Below are positions 37,218 through 46,613 of a DNA stretch of 64,000 nucleotides, one piece after another (position 1 is the stretch's first letter; every line of letters begins with the position of its first letter). The DNA comes from an uncultured virus (IMG/VR IMGVR_UViG_3300042485_000398) (taxonomy: Duplodnaviria; Heunggongvirae; Uroviricota; Caudoviricetes): IMG/VR virus record IMGVR_UViG_3300042485_000398, positions 1 through 64,000 of that record; one strand, given 5' to 3'. Made by a program: the position numbers and the translations under genes. Below the pieces are notes generated by a model. It did no database searches and had not been told where the DNA came from. It saw nothing but the letters and a program-made list of their open reading frames with translations.

Positions 37218-38775
37218 CTTGTCCTTGGTTTTGCTGTTGATCCGCTGCTGGCGGTTCACCCTCTAGTGAAGAAAAATCGGGCGGCGAAACTTCAGGAGGA
37301 CTTGCATCATTTTGCTTCTTAATCTCACCAATTTCGTCGTCCGACAATTTAAGAATTTTATCTTGAACATACTCTCTACTATACATTGTGCCGATAAACG
37401 GTGCAACACCTTGAAGAATTTCAACTCTAGACTGTAGAATTTGTTGTTCTTTGGATTCTGTATAGAAAGCATCGGTTGCAAAAACATACTTGATATCATA
37501 TCTCATCTTTTCCCAATCGGCTTCGGTAATGATACCTTTGAGAATAAGTTGGGTCTTTAGTAGATCATCAAATAGAAGTGTGAAACGACGGCGCAGTTTA
37601 GAAATAAACTTTGTAAACTTCCATTCGTCTCTATTGATTTCAGCAGCACGACCAAAGTTAAGGCCAGTTTGCTGTTCAAGTCTTGACATCGGAACGTTCA
37701 ACGCTTGATATAGTTTGCGCTGAAAGTATTCGATGTCTCCCATTTCGCCTAAACCCTGACCACCTGGTAGAGTTTCAATCTGTGTTCCTCTGCCACCTTC
37801 GCGGCGAGGCAACCAGAAATCTTCAAGCATTGACATAAACTTTTTATCATCACGGATTTCGCCAGTCTGAGAATCGTAAACAACCTTGTTACGATACTGG
37901 TTCATGATACCCTTGAGATACTGTTCGGCTTTAATCTTTGGAAGATTGCCAACATCAACGTAGAATACACGGCGCTCTGGCGCTCTCGTGATACGATAGA
38001 TGACTGCGGCATTTTCCATCATACGCAACTGATTTGCTGGGCGAATAGCCTTATGCAAATAAGAAAGCGGCATATTTCTGTCCATGTCCTTCAAGCCAGA
38101 AGGAACAAAGCAGATAGAATCTTTTTCGATGCGCATGGTGGCACCGGCGGTAGCAGAGATTGAGGCAGCTGGCGTAAAAGTTTTGTTTGGAACTAGGCCG
38201 CGTTCATTGTATATAAAATATTCTTTAATCTCTTTAATGAACTCTACGCCTGTTTTTGTATCCTTTTCTTTTAGGATCTCTCTCATCTTCTTAATTTTTC
38301 TTGGGTCAATATAGCGAATGTCTGCTAGACCCTTCTTTAGATTTGCAGTATCAACAACTTTATGGAAGAACAATCTTCCGTCAATGTACCAATGTCTAAA
38401 GTAATCTTGCGCTCTTAGATTGAAGTCCAACATGTTAAGTAGCAGTTGAAATTCATCTTGCACCATTTTTTTAATATTCTTTGACAATTCTACTTCGTCA
38501 AGATCAATTTTTACTGGAACTTCATCGTCAAGATTTGCAATTGAATCGTTTACGATATCATCAATAGCAGTATCGATATCTGCCATCATAGAAATTTCAC
38601 GATACTTACGAATTAATTCTATTTCATTATTTGCGGTGCCATCGATATCGATGTATGTGCCATAGTAGCCACCGGCTCTGATAGTTTCTACACCACCATC
38701 GTCCGTTGGCGCCACAAACGATTTCTCAGTTTGTGACGCCGTAGACTTTTCAATTTTATAACCAAATATCTGCAT
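37201..38775 (-). CDS. gp20: Portal protein gp20
   Basis: WYIDGR, YRITRAPERRVFYVDVGNLP and EDFWLPRREGGRGT motifs. Confidence 0.97.
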   Translation of the reverse strand: MQIFGYKIEKSTASQTEKSFVAPTDDGGVETIRAGGYYGTYIDIDGTANNEIELIRKYREISMMADIDTAIDDIVNDSIANLDDEVPVKIDLDEVELSKNIKKMVQDEFQLLLNMLDFNLRAQDYFRHWYIDGRLFFHKVVDTANLKKGLADIRYIDPRKIKKMREILKEKDTKTGVEFIKEIKEYFIYNERGLVPNKTFTPAASISATAGATMRIEKDSICFVPSGLKDMDRNMPLSYLHKAIRPANQLRMMENAAVIYRITRAPERRVFYVDVGNLPKIKAEQYLKGIMNQYRNKVVYDSQTGEIRDDKKFMSMLEDFWLPRREGGRGTQIETLPGGQGLGEMGDIEYFQRKLYQALNVPMSRLEQQTGLNFGRAAEINRDEWKFTKFISKLRRRFTLLFDDLLKTQLILKGIITEADWEKMRYDIKYVFATDAFYTESKEQQILQSRVEILQGVAPFIGTMYSREYVQDKILKLSDDEIGEIKKQNDASPPEVSPPDFSSLEGEPPAADQQQNQGQDDGQQ

Positions 38776-38798
38776 TAAATTATCCTAGTTGGATGGAA

Positions 38799-39311
38799 TT
38801 ATGCAGTCAGATAATGTGAGTAGTTAAAGGTTACGGTGAACTCTTCAATTACGTCATTCTGACCATACTGTAAACCAATTTCCGACATGTTAATCGGGAA
38901 AGCATTATAAAGAACATACGTCATAAGTGGATCGTCATTACGATCTAGATGTTCTACTGACATATCAACTTGATAGTCAATTGGATTTAGAATACCAGTG
39001 TTGGCTTCTAGATCATTCATACCATTCATCCACTCTTCGAATGGGCGACGAAGCGACATAGCAGTGTCGTTGACAACTGTGATTGTGAACGGATCAAAGA
39101 TACGCTCACCTGCCAACTTAACTTCGCGGCCGCGGTATTGAATGATTGTTGGGTTTACTGTTGACGCAGGAAGTGCTGCACCAGTAACTAGTAACGAGTA
39201 TTCTGTATCCGGTACCGAAGAAACGTAGCCTGGGAATGTTAGAATAACACGGAACTGGTTTGGTCTAGCACCGCCAGCCCCTAGTAACCCTTTAAATTTT
39301 GAAATATCCAT
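38799..39311 (-). CDS. gp19: Tail tube protein gp19
   Basis: GGARPNQFRV, YRGREVKLAGER and IEEFTVTF motifs. Confidence 0.93.
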   Translation of the reverse strand: MDISKFKGLLGAGGARPNQFRVILTFPGYVSSVPDTEYSLLVTGAALPASTVNPTIIQYRGREVKLAGERIFDPFTITVVNDTAMSLRRPFEEWMNGMNDLEANTGILNPIDYQVDMSVEHLDRNDDPLMTYVLYNAFPINMSEIGLQYGQNDVIEEFTVTFNYSHYLTA

Positions 39312-39344
39312 TTATAAATCTCCTATTTCTATTTAGTCGGGTTA

Positions 39345-41027
39345 TTAGGCGCCAACTTCTGTGAACGATACTGAGGTACGAACCGCAACAAAGTTCAGAT
39401 AGATGAAGTTAATCGAACGTGCTGGCTTGATGTAGATATCAGCAACAAATTCATTGCGGTCGATAACTTCGCCAGTGTTGTTTGTTTCATCGCAAACAAC
39501 GCGGAAGTCAAAGATACCACGACGGCCGCGAACGTCACGTAGGAATGGTTCAACCATCGAACGAAACTGTGCGCGACTAAAGACATCGTTGAACTCAAAG
39601 AGTTGATACTTGGCCGCAGTTGCGATAGCCTTTTCAAGAACAATGAATAGACGGCGAACATTGATACGGTCGAATGCGCTTGGCTTAGCAAGAAGAGTCT
39701 TATCACCGTAAAGTAGAGTGCCTTCACCTGGGAAGGTAGCTACTGGGTTAACACCATTCTTGTAAAGTGTGTCGCGTTCTGTTTGATTTGGTGACCAAAC
39801 TAACTTAACAATATTCTTGAGTTGACCGCGATTGAAGCCAGCAGGTGACCACCAGGCATCGTTTGTCTGATCTGTGCGGGCGCATAGACCAGCAGTATCA
39901 GCATTCAGAGGAACATTGATGTATTCATCATTATAGCGGTCATACTGGCGCTTCCAGCCAGAATCCATGACGGCGTATGAAGTATTACGGTTAATATCAT
40001 CTTGACGATATTCAACTACATCCGCAGCTTCACTGCCAGCGTTGTTGTATACAGCGGCAAGGGGTGGTGATAGGAATACAACGCAATCTAAACGAGCTAA
40101 CGCTACGTTATCGATAACGTGAGTTACTACTGCGGCTGCGTGACCACCGGTTAGGACAAGTGAAATATCAACAATTTCTTTGTTTGCAAACAGGCTGTAA
40201 GCGTCTTGCAGATCACCAGTTGAGGGCGTAGCAACATTACCACCACGTAAGTCCAAAACTAGCGCGTCTTGGCCAGCGGTTTGACCGTCTTGTTCTGTAC
40301 CATCAAATGCGGTTGCAGAAGTAGCACCCCAGTTTCTACCCGATGGGTGATTCATCCACCAGATATATTGTGATTGTTGGTTAAGAACTTCCTTGTAGTA
40401 GTTGTTTGTACCGTCAGCCAGTTTGTTACCAACCTGCTTAGAAGCAAATGCAAATCTTTCAACTACTGTATTGGTTGCGCCAGAAAAACGACCAAGTGTA
40501 TCGACAACTACAATGTGTAGTTCGTCATTCGAACAGCCAACCGCAGCGGCCTGGGCACTTGTGCCAGGGGCACCATCAAAGAATGAAGCATATTCCCAGC
40601 CAGTGAATGAAGTGGCGTCCGCATATTGAACTTCAAGGCTATTGCCATAAAGACCAGGGTATTTAGCAGCTACATCACCATTCGGGGTGCCACCGTTTGC
40701 ATAAACGGCTTCATAAACGTCTTGATTGGGAATGAAAACGCCGCTGCCTTCAGAGGTAGCATTCTCTGCGGCTGTGCCCACAGCACGAACAAGCTGCAGG
40801 TTGTTGCCATATGCCAAGAAGTTGGCAGCAGTGAACCAGTCGGTAGGGTCTAGTGGTAGACCAAAATACTTGCGAAGTTCATTTTCTGAACCCACGGTAA
40901 AAATTTCTCCTACAGGACCCCAGTTGAAGTAACCAGCAAACGCGCCTGCCGAAGTCGATACGGCTGGAATAACGTTTGTTAGATCCTTTTCTGCTACTAG
41001 GACACCTGGCGATAATTGAAAAGCCAT
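39345..41027 (-). CDS. gp18: Tail sheath protein gp18
   Basis: LSPGV, WWSPAGFNRG, FDRINVRRLF and IKPARSINFI motifs. Confidence 0.96.
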   Translation of the reverse strand: MAFQLSPGVLVAEKDLTNVIPAVSTSAGAFAGYFNWGPVGEIFTVGSENELRKYFGLPLDPTDWFTAANFLAYGNNLQLVRAVGTAAENATSEGSGVFIPNQDVYEAVYANGGTPNGDVAAKYPGLYGNSLEVQYADATSFTGWEYASFFDGAPGTSAQAAAVGCSNDELHIVVVDTLGRFSGATNTVVERFAFASKQVGNKLADGTNNYYKEVLNQQSQYIWWMNHPSGRNWGATSATAFDGTEQDGQTAGQDALVLDLRGGNVATPSTGDLQDAYSLFANKEIVDISLVLTGGHAAAVVTHVIDNVALARLDCVVFLSPPLAAVYNNAGSEAADVVEYRQDDINRNTSYAVMDSGWKRQYDRYNDEYINVPLNADTAGLCARTDQTNDAWWSPAGFNRGQLKNIVKLVWSPNQTERDTLYKNGVNPVATFPGEGTLLYGDKTLLAKPSAFDRINVRRLFIVLEKAIATAAKYQLFEFNDVFSRAQFRSMVEPFLRDVRGRRGIFDFRVVCDETNNTGEVIDRNEFVADIYIKPARSINFIYLNFVAVRTSVSFTEVGA

Positions 41028-41086
41028 ATTCTTCTCCTCGTTGTAAACTTGACAATATTAACTTGTCGTTTTATGTTTTATGTTTT

Positions 41087-41094
41087 TATTTATA
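41087..41094 (-). promoter_or_regulatory. Late promoter TATAAATA (gp18)
   Basis: Exact consensus. Confidence 0.8.
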
Positions 41095-41106
41095 AAAATG
41101 TAAAAG

Positions 41107-42747
41107 TTACAGTAGCCAACCTTCGCGCCGAGGTTCTTCGTCCTCGGATACTTTCCAAAGATCACCATTTGATACGAAATAGTCTTCTTGAAATCCATTA
41201 TTTATTGCTCCAAACGGGGTCATGTCCTCTTCAATTTGATCCATCTGGTCCTTATACATTCTTTCTCTGATATCAACATTTGTCATGTCTTTGAAGTATG
41301 GATTACTTGTCATCCAAGCTAATAGAACCAGACTCATTACAAGATCATCAAAGTAACCTTCATCTGCCATCCAACTTCCCTGCTTTTCGATGAAAGTAGA
41401 GAACTCAGAAATGGTTTCAGCATCAAATACTAATAATTTTTGTTCTTCAAGTAGAGATTTTAGAGCAAAACAACCCTGTCTCTTTACTTGTTTGGTCATT
41501 CTAACACCGCGCTGAGTCTTTGTACCAAAACCAGGTGATAGATATTGTTTCAAAGCAGTCTTTACAGTAGTCAGAATATTATCATACTCTAACTCCATAT
41601 GTAGAATATCGGCCACTTGCTGGCCGATATCATTAATTTCAACAAGAATATATGCCTTGTTGTAGTCGGTACCTACTTTAGCTACGATGTTAGGAAACAA
41701 CATCGGTGCAATTTTATTATCACGATACTTAGCCACCAATTTGTATGGTGCTTCTGTAACATCCAAAACTGTGAAAGCAGAATAGTCTCCGCCTACACCT
41801 CGCGCCGTATCTACACCCATTGCGTAGATATGGCCGTCGATAGGTTCTTCAAAAATATCCAGTCCATCTTTTGCGTGAATAGGATCAATCGAACTCATTG
41901 CACCCAAAGTCTTGGCTGAAACGAGAGTGTTACTCGAACCAAGAAACTCGCAAAGAACTTCTTGGTTAAACTTTAGTTCTCCAAGCAAGCGTAGTTGCTC
42001 TTCTGCCCAGGCTTCATCTCTACCAGGAATTCTGTGGTAAGGAATAAACATAGGCACAAAGCCGTTGTTTCCTTTTTCAGCCTCGTTCCAGAATTTCCAG
42101 AAGTGATTGTAACCGAGGGGAGTAGAAGTCAGAAGAATCTTAGTTGTCTGACCAGCAGAAATCGTAGGATAAACAGAAGCAAAGAATTGTTCTGCGACGG
42201 TGTTTGGAATGATGGCGGCCTCATCGATGTATAGCCAGTTAACAGACTTACCACGAATACCAGATGCCGTTGTAGCAGCGGTGAAAATCTTAGAGCCGTT
42301 TTCTAGCTCTACGTCACCCTTGTTCCATGTCTTGACGCCCTGTTGCATCCATAGAGGCAAGTGTTCATACATACCCTGATAACGAGCCATAACTTCACGA
42401 GCAGCGGCCGTCTTATTGGCCATGATAGCCACGGTCTTGCTGTCTTGAAAGAGAGTATACCAAAGAATACATGCCGCAGAAGTGATAGTCTTACCCTGCT
42501 GGCGACCTTCCATGAGAATCGCTTTACGATTATCTAGAATATGTTTTACTTTTTCTTTCTGGCAATCATACAACTTAAATAACTGAAGACCATAATCCAG
42601 TGTGACAATCATACAATAATTTTCAATAAAGTAAATAGGATCTTCCTGGCACTTTTCAATTTCTGCCAGCTGTTCGAATGTAAAGTTATGCTTATGACCA
42701 ATCGGCTTTAAGTTAATATTACCGTGATACGAGGATTCCTCACTCAT
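41107..42747 (-). CDS. gp17: Terminase large subunit gp17
   Basis: GRQQGKT, YIDEAA, STPLG, GVDTARG and DDLVM motifs. Confidence 0.97.
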   Translation of the reverse strand: MSEESSYHGNINLKPIGHKHNFTFEQLAEIEKCQEDPIYFIENYCMIVTLDYGLQLFKLYDCQKEKVKHILDNRKAILMEGRQQGKTITSAACILWYTLFQDSKTVAIMANKTAAAREVMARYQGMYEHLPLWMQQGVKTWNKGDVELENGSKIFTAATTASGIRGKSVNWLYIDEAAIIPNTVAEQFFASVYPTISAGQTTKILLTSTPLGYNHFWKFWNEAEKGNNGFVPMFIPYHRIPGRDEAWAEEQLRLLGELKFNQEVLCEFLGSSNTLVSAKTLGAMSSIDPIHAKDGLDIFEEPIDGHIYAMGVDTARGVGGDYSAFTVLDVTEAPYKLVAKYRDNKIAPMLFPNIVAKVGTDYNKAYILVEINDIGQQVADILHMELEYDNILTTVKTALKQYLSPGFGTKTQRGVRMTKQVKRQGCFALKSLLEEQKLLVFDAETISEFSTFIEKQGSWMADEGYFDDLVMSLVLLAWMTSNPYFKDMTNVDIRERMYKDQMDQIEEDMTPFGAINNGFQEDYFVSNGDLWKVSEDEEPRREGWLL

Positions 42748-43204
42748 GTTCTATCACTTTGGCTTTCTCGGCTTTCAATGCCTTAAGTAAATCAGATGTG
42801 GAACCAGAAAAGATGATATTGTTTTGTGTATCAATATTCTGTTTCTTTGGTTCTTCTTCTCGCAACTTCTTTTTCTTTGCTTGCAAATCAAGAAGGTCTT
42901 TGGCTGCATCACCTGTGGTCTTAATCAACTGACCTACTACTTCATATGCACGAGGACTATCACTAGCTAGAGCGACATTCAACATACCTTCGAGTGCCTG
43001 TTGACTGGTACCAATCAAATCGTTTAGTTTTTTTCTTGCGACTAGATAGTCATCTTCGATATCATCGCCAGTGGATATAATTTGAGGTACCAGAGGTTCT
43101 TCAACCACTACTGGTAGTTTTTCTTCTTTCGAACTCAGAACTTCATCCATATGTGTGCCAAAAATGGCATCTAATTTATCGTATTGATTATTCGTAGGCT
43201 TCAT
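42740..43204 (-). CDS. gp16: Terminase small subunit gp16
   Basis: DDYLVARKKL, SPRAYEV and FSGSTSDL motifs. Confidence 0.9.
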   Translation of the reverse strand: MKPTNNQYDKLDAIFGTHMDEVLSSKEEKLPVVVEEPLVPQIISTGDDIEDDYLVARKKLNDLIGTSQQALEGMLNVALASDSPRAYEVVGQLIKTTGDAAKDLLDLQAKKKKLREEEPKKQNIDTQNNIIFSGSTSDLLKALKAEKAKVIEHE

Positions 43205-43964
43205 CAAATTGCTCCACATAATTCCAATCGTCTAGATAGGATGCATCATTAGGCGTATAGGTTACTTGATACTTAATTTTTTCCAACGTATCCACACTCG
43301 GATTAATGGCCGCATACGTATTAGCAATCGCAGTTTTAATATAACCTTGCATATCAACTGGACCGTAGAAGTTTATACCAAGATTAAAGGTTAGATTCCA
43401 CACAATAGATTGTCTTTGTGTAAACTCACCTTCGTAATTGTCTTCGTATGAGACATTCTCTAGTATAATTTGTAAATCTCTTTTGATTCCCATTTCTGGA
43501 ATATCAGTTATGGACACACAAAAATCTGGATTGAAGAACGGTAAAATCTGTTCGATGATTTGAAGACCATCATCTTGATTTTTTGTCACAATAAAAAGAG
43601 ATATCGATAAAGTATATGGTGTGCTAGTATACTGCACTCTTACTTTATCTGCATCGTCGCCCACACCCACTGCTATATTCTTGGTAAGAATATTCAATTT
43701 CTGTTGTGGATTATATTGAAGGCCTGTAATCTCGAACCCAATTCTAGGCAATGTGATTGCAACCGACGCCGGATCGTTTCCAGGTACCGCAGCAACTCTT
43801 GCCAGAAACTTATCTTTAGGTCCGTATGCAAGGGGAACGCGAATAGACTGAGCTATTTCACCCGCAGAGTTTTTACGCTCTACGGTTAGTTGATTGAATA
43901 TCGTTCCAAAAGCAATGATAGCTTTACGAATATGTTGATGATAAAAATGCTGCTTCAAAAACAT
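43188..43964 (-). CDS. gp15: Tail sheath stabilizer/terminator gp15
   Basis: FGTIFN, VPLAYGPKDKFL, LPRIGFE and QIIEQILPFF motifs. Confidence 0.93.
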   Translation of the reverse strand: MFLKQHFYHQHIRKAIIAFGTIFNQLTVERKNSAGEIAQSIRVPLAYGPKDKFLARVAAVPGNDPASVAITLPRIGFEITGLQYNPQQKLNILTKNIAVGVGDDADKVRVQYTSTPYTLSISLFIVTKNQDDGLQIIEQILPFFNPDFCVSITDIPEMGIKRDLQIILENVSYEDNYEGEFTQRQSIVWNLTFNLGINFYGPVDMQGYIKTAIANTYAAINPSVDTLEKIKYQVTYTPNDASYLDDWNYVEQFDEAYE

Positions 43965-44719
43965 TATGCCGCTGTCCTTACTTGAACTTCGCCGAATGGG
44001 TTGAAGGCGGTAAAGTCTACAAAGCCGGCTGCTTGTGCTTCAAATTCGTTTGTCTGGTCTAGAGGGTCAACGTTTGCTGTGCCGCTCTCTTGTAAGATAA
44101 TCGAGTCTCCGGTATTTGATAGAACATAATCACCGGACTCCATGATAAGTTGCCACCCAAGATTGTCTTGTGTTTTACCATCGGTAATACTATCAATTTC
44201 TTCGATCCCAGTATCAATGGTCTCGGAGCTAAATTCGAATACCTGGCATGACATTCTGTAAGTGTAAATCTTTCCTAACTGGTAGAAAGGATTTAGAAAA
44301 TCTACGTAGTTGATTTGAAAGAACGTCTTTGTCTTGGGAAAGAACAGTAAATCACCTTCCGCTGGACGCTCTGGCAACTGCAAATTTTCTGCATTTCTAC
44401 CCACAGATTCTTCCCAGCGGCGTCTAGCAACAACAAACGTTGCGGTAGACCTGAACTCGAAGCCAAACTTTGTTAGTAGCTCACCTTCTCCCTCAAAACC
44501 TTCTGTATTTTCAAGATACATTTCCAATGGGTATGCTTGGGTAAAATATGATAGGGCATCTTCATATAGAATTTCGTCTTTGTTACCTATAGTTCTAGGA
44601 AGATAGTAAACATCATGTCCATAAATCTTCATGCTTTCGATAACCAGGTCCTCCAACAAACGCTGTTCGTTTGTGGTTCCCGACGTATTTCCTGATTGAA
44701 AGTAGAAGTTGGTAGGCAC
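43964..44719 (-). CDS. gp14: Neck protein gp14
   Basis: ESMKIYGHDVYYLPR, PAEGDLLF, FYQLGK and NPFG motifs; GTG start. Confidence 0.92.
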   Translation of the reverse strand: MPTNFYFQSGNTSGTTNEQRLLEDLVIESMKIYGHDVYYLPRTIGNKDEILYEDALSYFTQAYPLEMYLENTEGFEGEGELLTKFGFEFRSTATFVVARRRWEESVGRNAENLQLPERPAEGDLLFFPKTKTFFQINYVDFLNPFYQLGKIYTYRMSCQVFEFSSETIDTGIEEIDSITDGKTQDNLGWQLIMESGDYVLSNTGDSIILQESGTANVDPLDQTNEFEAQAAGFVDFTAFNPFGEVQVRTAA

Positions 44720-44725
44720 GATAAA

Positions 44726-45376
44726 TTATACCGATGTTATCGTAAAGACTGCACTTGCAACTGCAGGTCTCACATAAGGTGTAGTTTGTGCGGCGGTGTA
44801 TTCGAGACTAATTCTTTCATGATCGCTTAGAGCAAAGCGCAATTCAATATAATCGTCGGCCTCAATATCGTCAATAATCCATTGTTTAGCAAGTAGTTGA
44901 TATACTGGGTTTACCAACCCACCACCTCTGATTTGAATCTTAACGGCAGTTTCAGCAATGTCATCGCCATTCTTTGCTAACCAAAGAAAAACATCACGCT
45001 CGGCATTACCAGTGCTTTTTACTTGCATTTCTAAAAATACTTTATAAGTACCATCGTTGGAAAGCACAACTCTAGATGGTTGGGCAGATGTGACAGTTAC
45101 ATCATCAGTTAAATGTGCAGTAGTATCTGTATACCAGTCAAATGCATACACAGTATTAGAAGCATTGGCTGTTATGTTTGCTTTCTTGTGAAAACATCCT
45201 TGAGAGCGATCGGTATTGGATGGAGTTAAAATTGAAATGCCGCCTGGAGATACACCATCTGATCTGCGAAGTTCCCCTGTAGTATCATCATAAAATATCT
45301 CTCCCCTGCGACCAATATAATTGGTGGCAACAGTACCACCCATGTTTGCCGTGAAAATTTTTCTAGTTGTTGCCAT
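44726..45376 (-). CDS. Putative neck/fibre accessory protein (Mtd-N-like N-terminus, beta-sandwich C-terminus)
   Basis: GEIFYDDTTGELRRSDGVSPGG module; C-terminus with DGTYKV and DDYIEL, C1q/BclA-like by eye. Confidence 0.5.
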   Translation of the reverse strand: MATTRKIFTANMGGTVATNYIGRRGEIFYDDTTGELRRSDGVSPGGISILTPSNTDRSQGCFHKKANITANASNTVYAFDWYTDTTAHLTDDVTVTSAQPSRVVLSNDGTYKVFLEMQVKSTGNAERDVFLWLAKNGDDIAETAVKIQIRGGGLVNPVYQLLAKQWIIDDIEADDYIELRFALSDHERISLEYTAAQTTPYVRPAVASAVFTITSV

Positions 45377-45379
45377 TTT

Positions 45380-46348
45380 TTATCCTACCATAAAATCGAC
45401 GGGAAGTTCCGAACTTAGCTGCATGTCTTGTTGTATCATCCGAAGTTCTTCAACTGCTTCATCATAGACTTGCTGACCGTTCATGACGATGCCACCTGGT
45501 AATTGCATACCACCAAATTTTTTCATATTGATTCCCCACTGCTTTTTAATTAAAGCGGTAGCATATTCTTTCAGGAATCTATCATCATACACCTGAGTGT
45601 ATGTATTTGGATCGACAATGCGGTAGCATTCAACAATAATGAAATCGCCTGGTTGGAATACATCTCTCCAATTACAATGAATTTCTAGCTTATCTGTCTT
45701 ACGATTATATGCAAATGATCTATCACCAACTAGTAGCATATCAAGCATTGACAAATATTGTTGCATTTGGGTGTAGTAAATCATGTCTGCCGACAGAAGA
45801 TTATACATGTCATTCATGCGGAATTGATACATAACATCAAACATATTGTTTGCGTTATTCATACCAGAGCTTGGACCGTTTACTGGCAATACTCTGATAA
45901 CGCCAATAACGGCATCAGGAATAGATACATATCCATTCTCAATATCACCAGGAGTATAAAAAGTTGTGGAAGCTAGTGTTCTACTAAAGCCAGAGGTTTC
46001 GCCCGTGACTGTTTCACTTGCAACAAATGTGCCCGATACATCACTAACAGTTAAAGTTGTGCCGTTGATAGAAACAACGTTGCAGCTTGCGCCAGATGTT
46101 GCGCCGACCAACAACTCACCGACTGTGAATGATGGGGCCGACAGTCCAGTAAATTTAAGTGTTGCACCCGTAACCTGGTGTTGAAGATAAACTCTCTCAA
46201 CGCCATCAAAATGAAACTCTTGGAAATACTGCAATGCGTCATCGATACGATCTTCTATTTGATCGTCATCGACGTTAATTTCGATCACCGGAAAACCGAG
46301 TCTACGGAGACAGTAATCTATTAACCCTTGTCTTGATGAAATTGCCAT
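45380..46348 (-). CDS. gp13: Neck protein gp13
   Basis: YCLRRLGFPVIEINV and LIKKQWGINMKKFGGMQLPGG motifs. Confidence 0.93.
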   Translation of the reverse strand: MAISSRQGLIDYCLRRLGFPVIEINVDDDQIEDRIDDALQYFQEFHFDGVERVYLQHQVTGATLKFTGLSAPSFTVGELLVGATSGASCNVVSINGTTLTVSDVSGTFVASETVTGETSGFSRTLASTTFYTPGDIENGYVSIPDAVIGVIRVLPVNGPSSGMNNANNMFDVMYQFRMNDMYNLLSADMIYYTQMQQYLSMLDMLLVGDRSFAYNRKTDKLEIHCNWRDVFQPGDFIIVECYRIVDPNTYTQVYDDRFLKEYATALIKKQWGINMKKFGGMQLPGGIVMNGQQVYDEAVEELRMIQQDMQLSSELPVDFMVG

Positions 46349-46367
46349 ACGGTGTCCTCTTTAGGAC

Positions 46368-46375
46368 TATTTATA
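46368..46375 (-). promoter_or_regulatory. Late promoter TATAAATA (gp13)
   Basis: Exact consensus overlapping the upstream stop codon. Confidence 0.8.
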
Positions 46376-46613
46376 ATGAACCCATATCGTAAACTGGAGG
46401 ACTTGTGCCAGTAATATCCCCCAGATCGATGGTTTCTGGAATAGTGAAAAAGTCCGGATTATACCCACCAACTTCGATAATACTACCGTCCGTCTTCTTT
46501 GAATACAATACGCCATCGGCTAAATTTACAGCAAGTTCACCGACTGAAATATCATTAGCACCTGGTATGGCGCCAGTGGTTTCACTTCTTTTAAGTTGGA
46601 CAACGGTCGACAT
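46371..46613 (-). CDS. Small fibre-associated protein
   Basis: VQLKRS..GELAVNLADG N-terminal module; ends YDMGSL. Confidence 0.65.
   Translation of the reverse strand: MSTVVQLKRSETTGAIPGANDISVGELAVNLADGVLYSKKTDGSIIEVGGYNPDFFTIPETIDLGDITGTSPPVYDMGSL

Noticed and set aside
41049..41077. Plus-strand TTGACA-N17-TATGTT in the gp17-gp18 gap
   Set aside because: The -10 is weak, the context is AT-rich, and it overlaps a small gacaa/ttgtc stem more simply explained as part of the gp18 leader.
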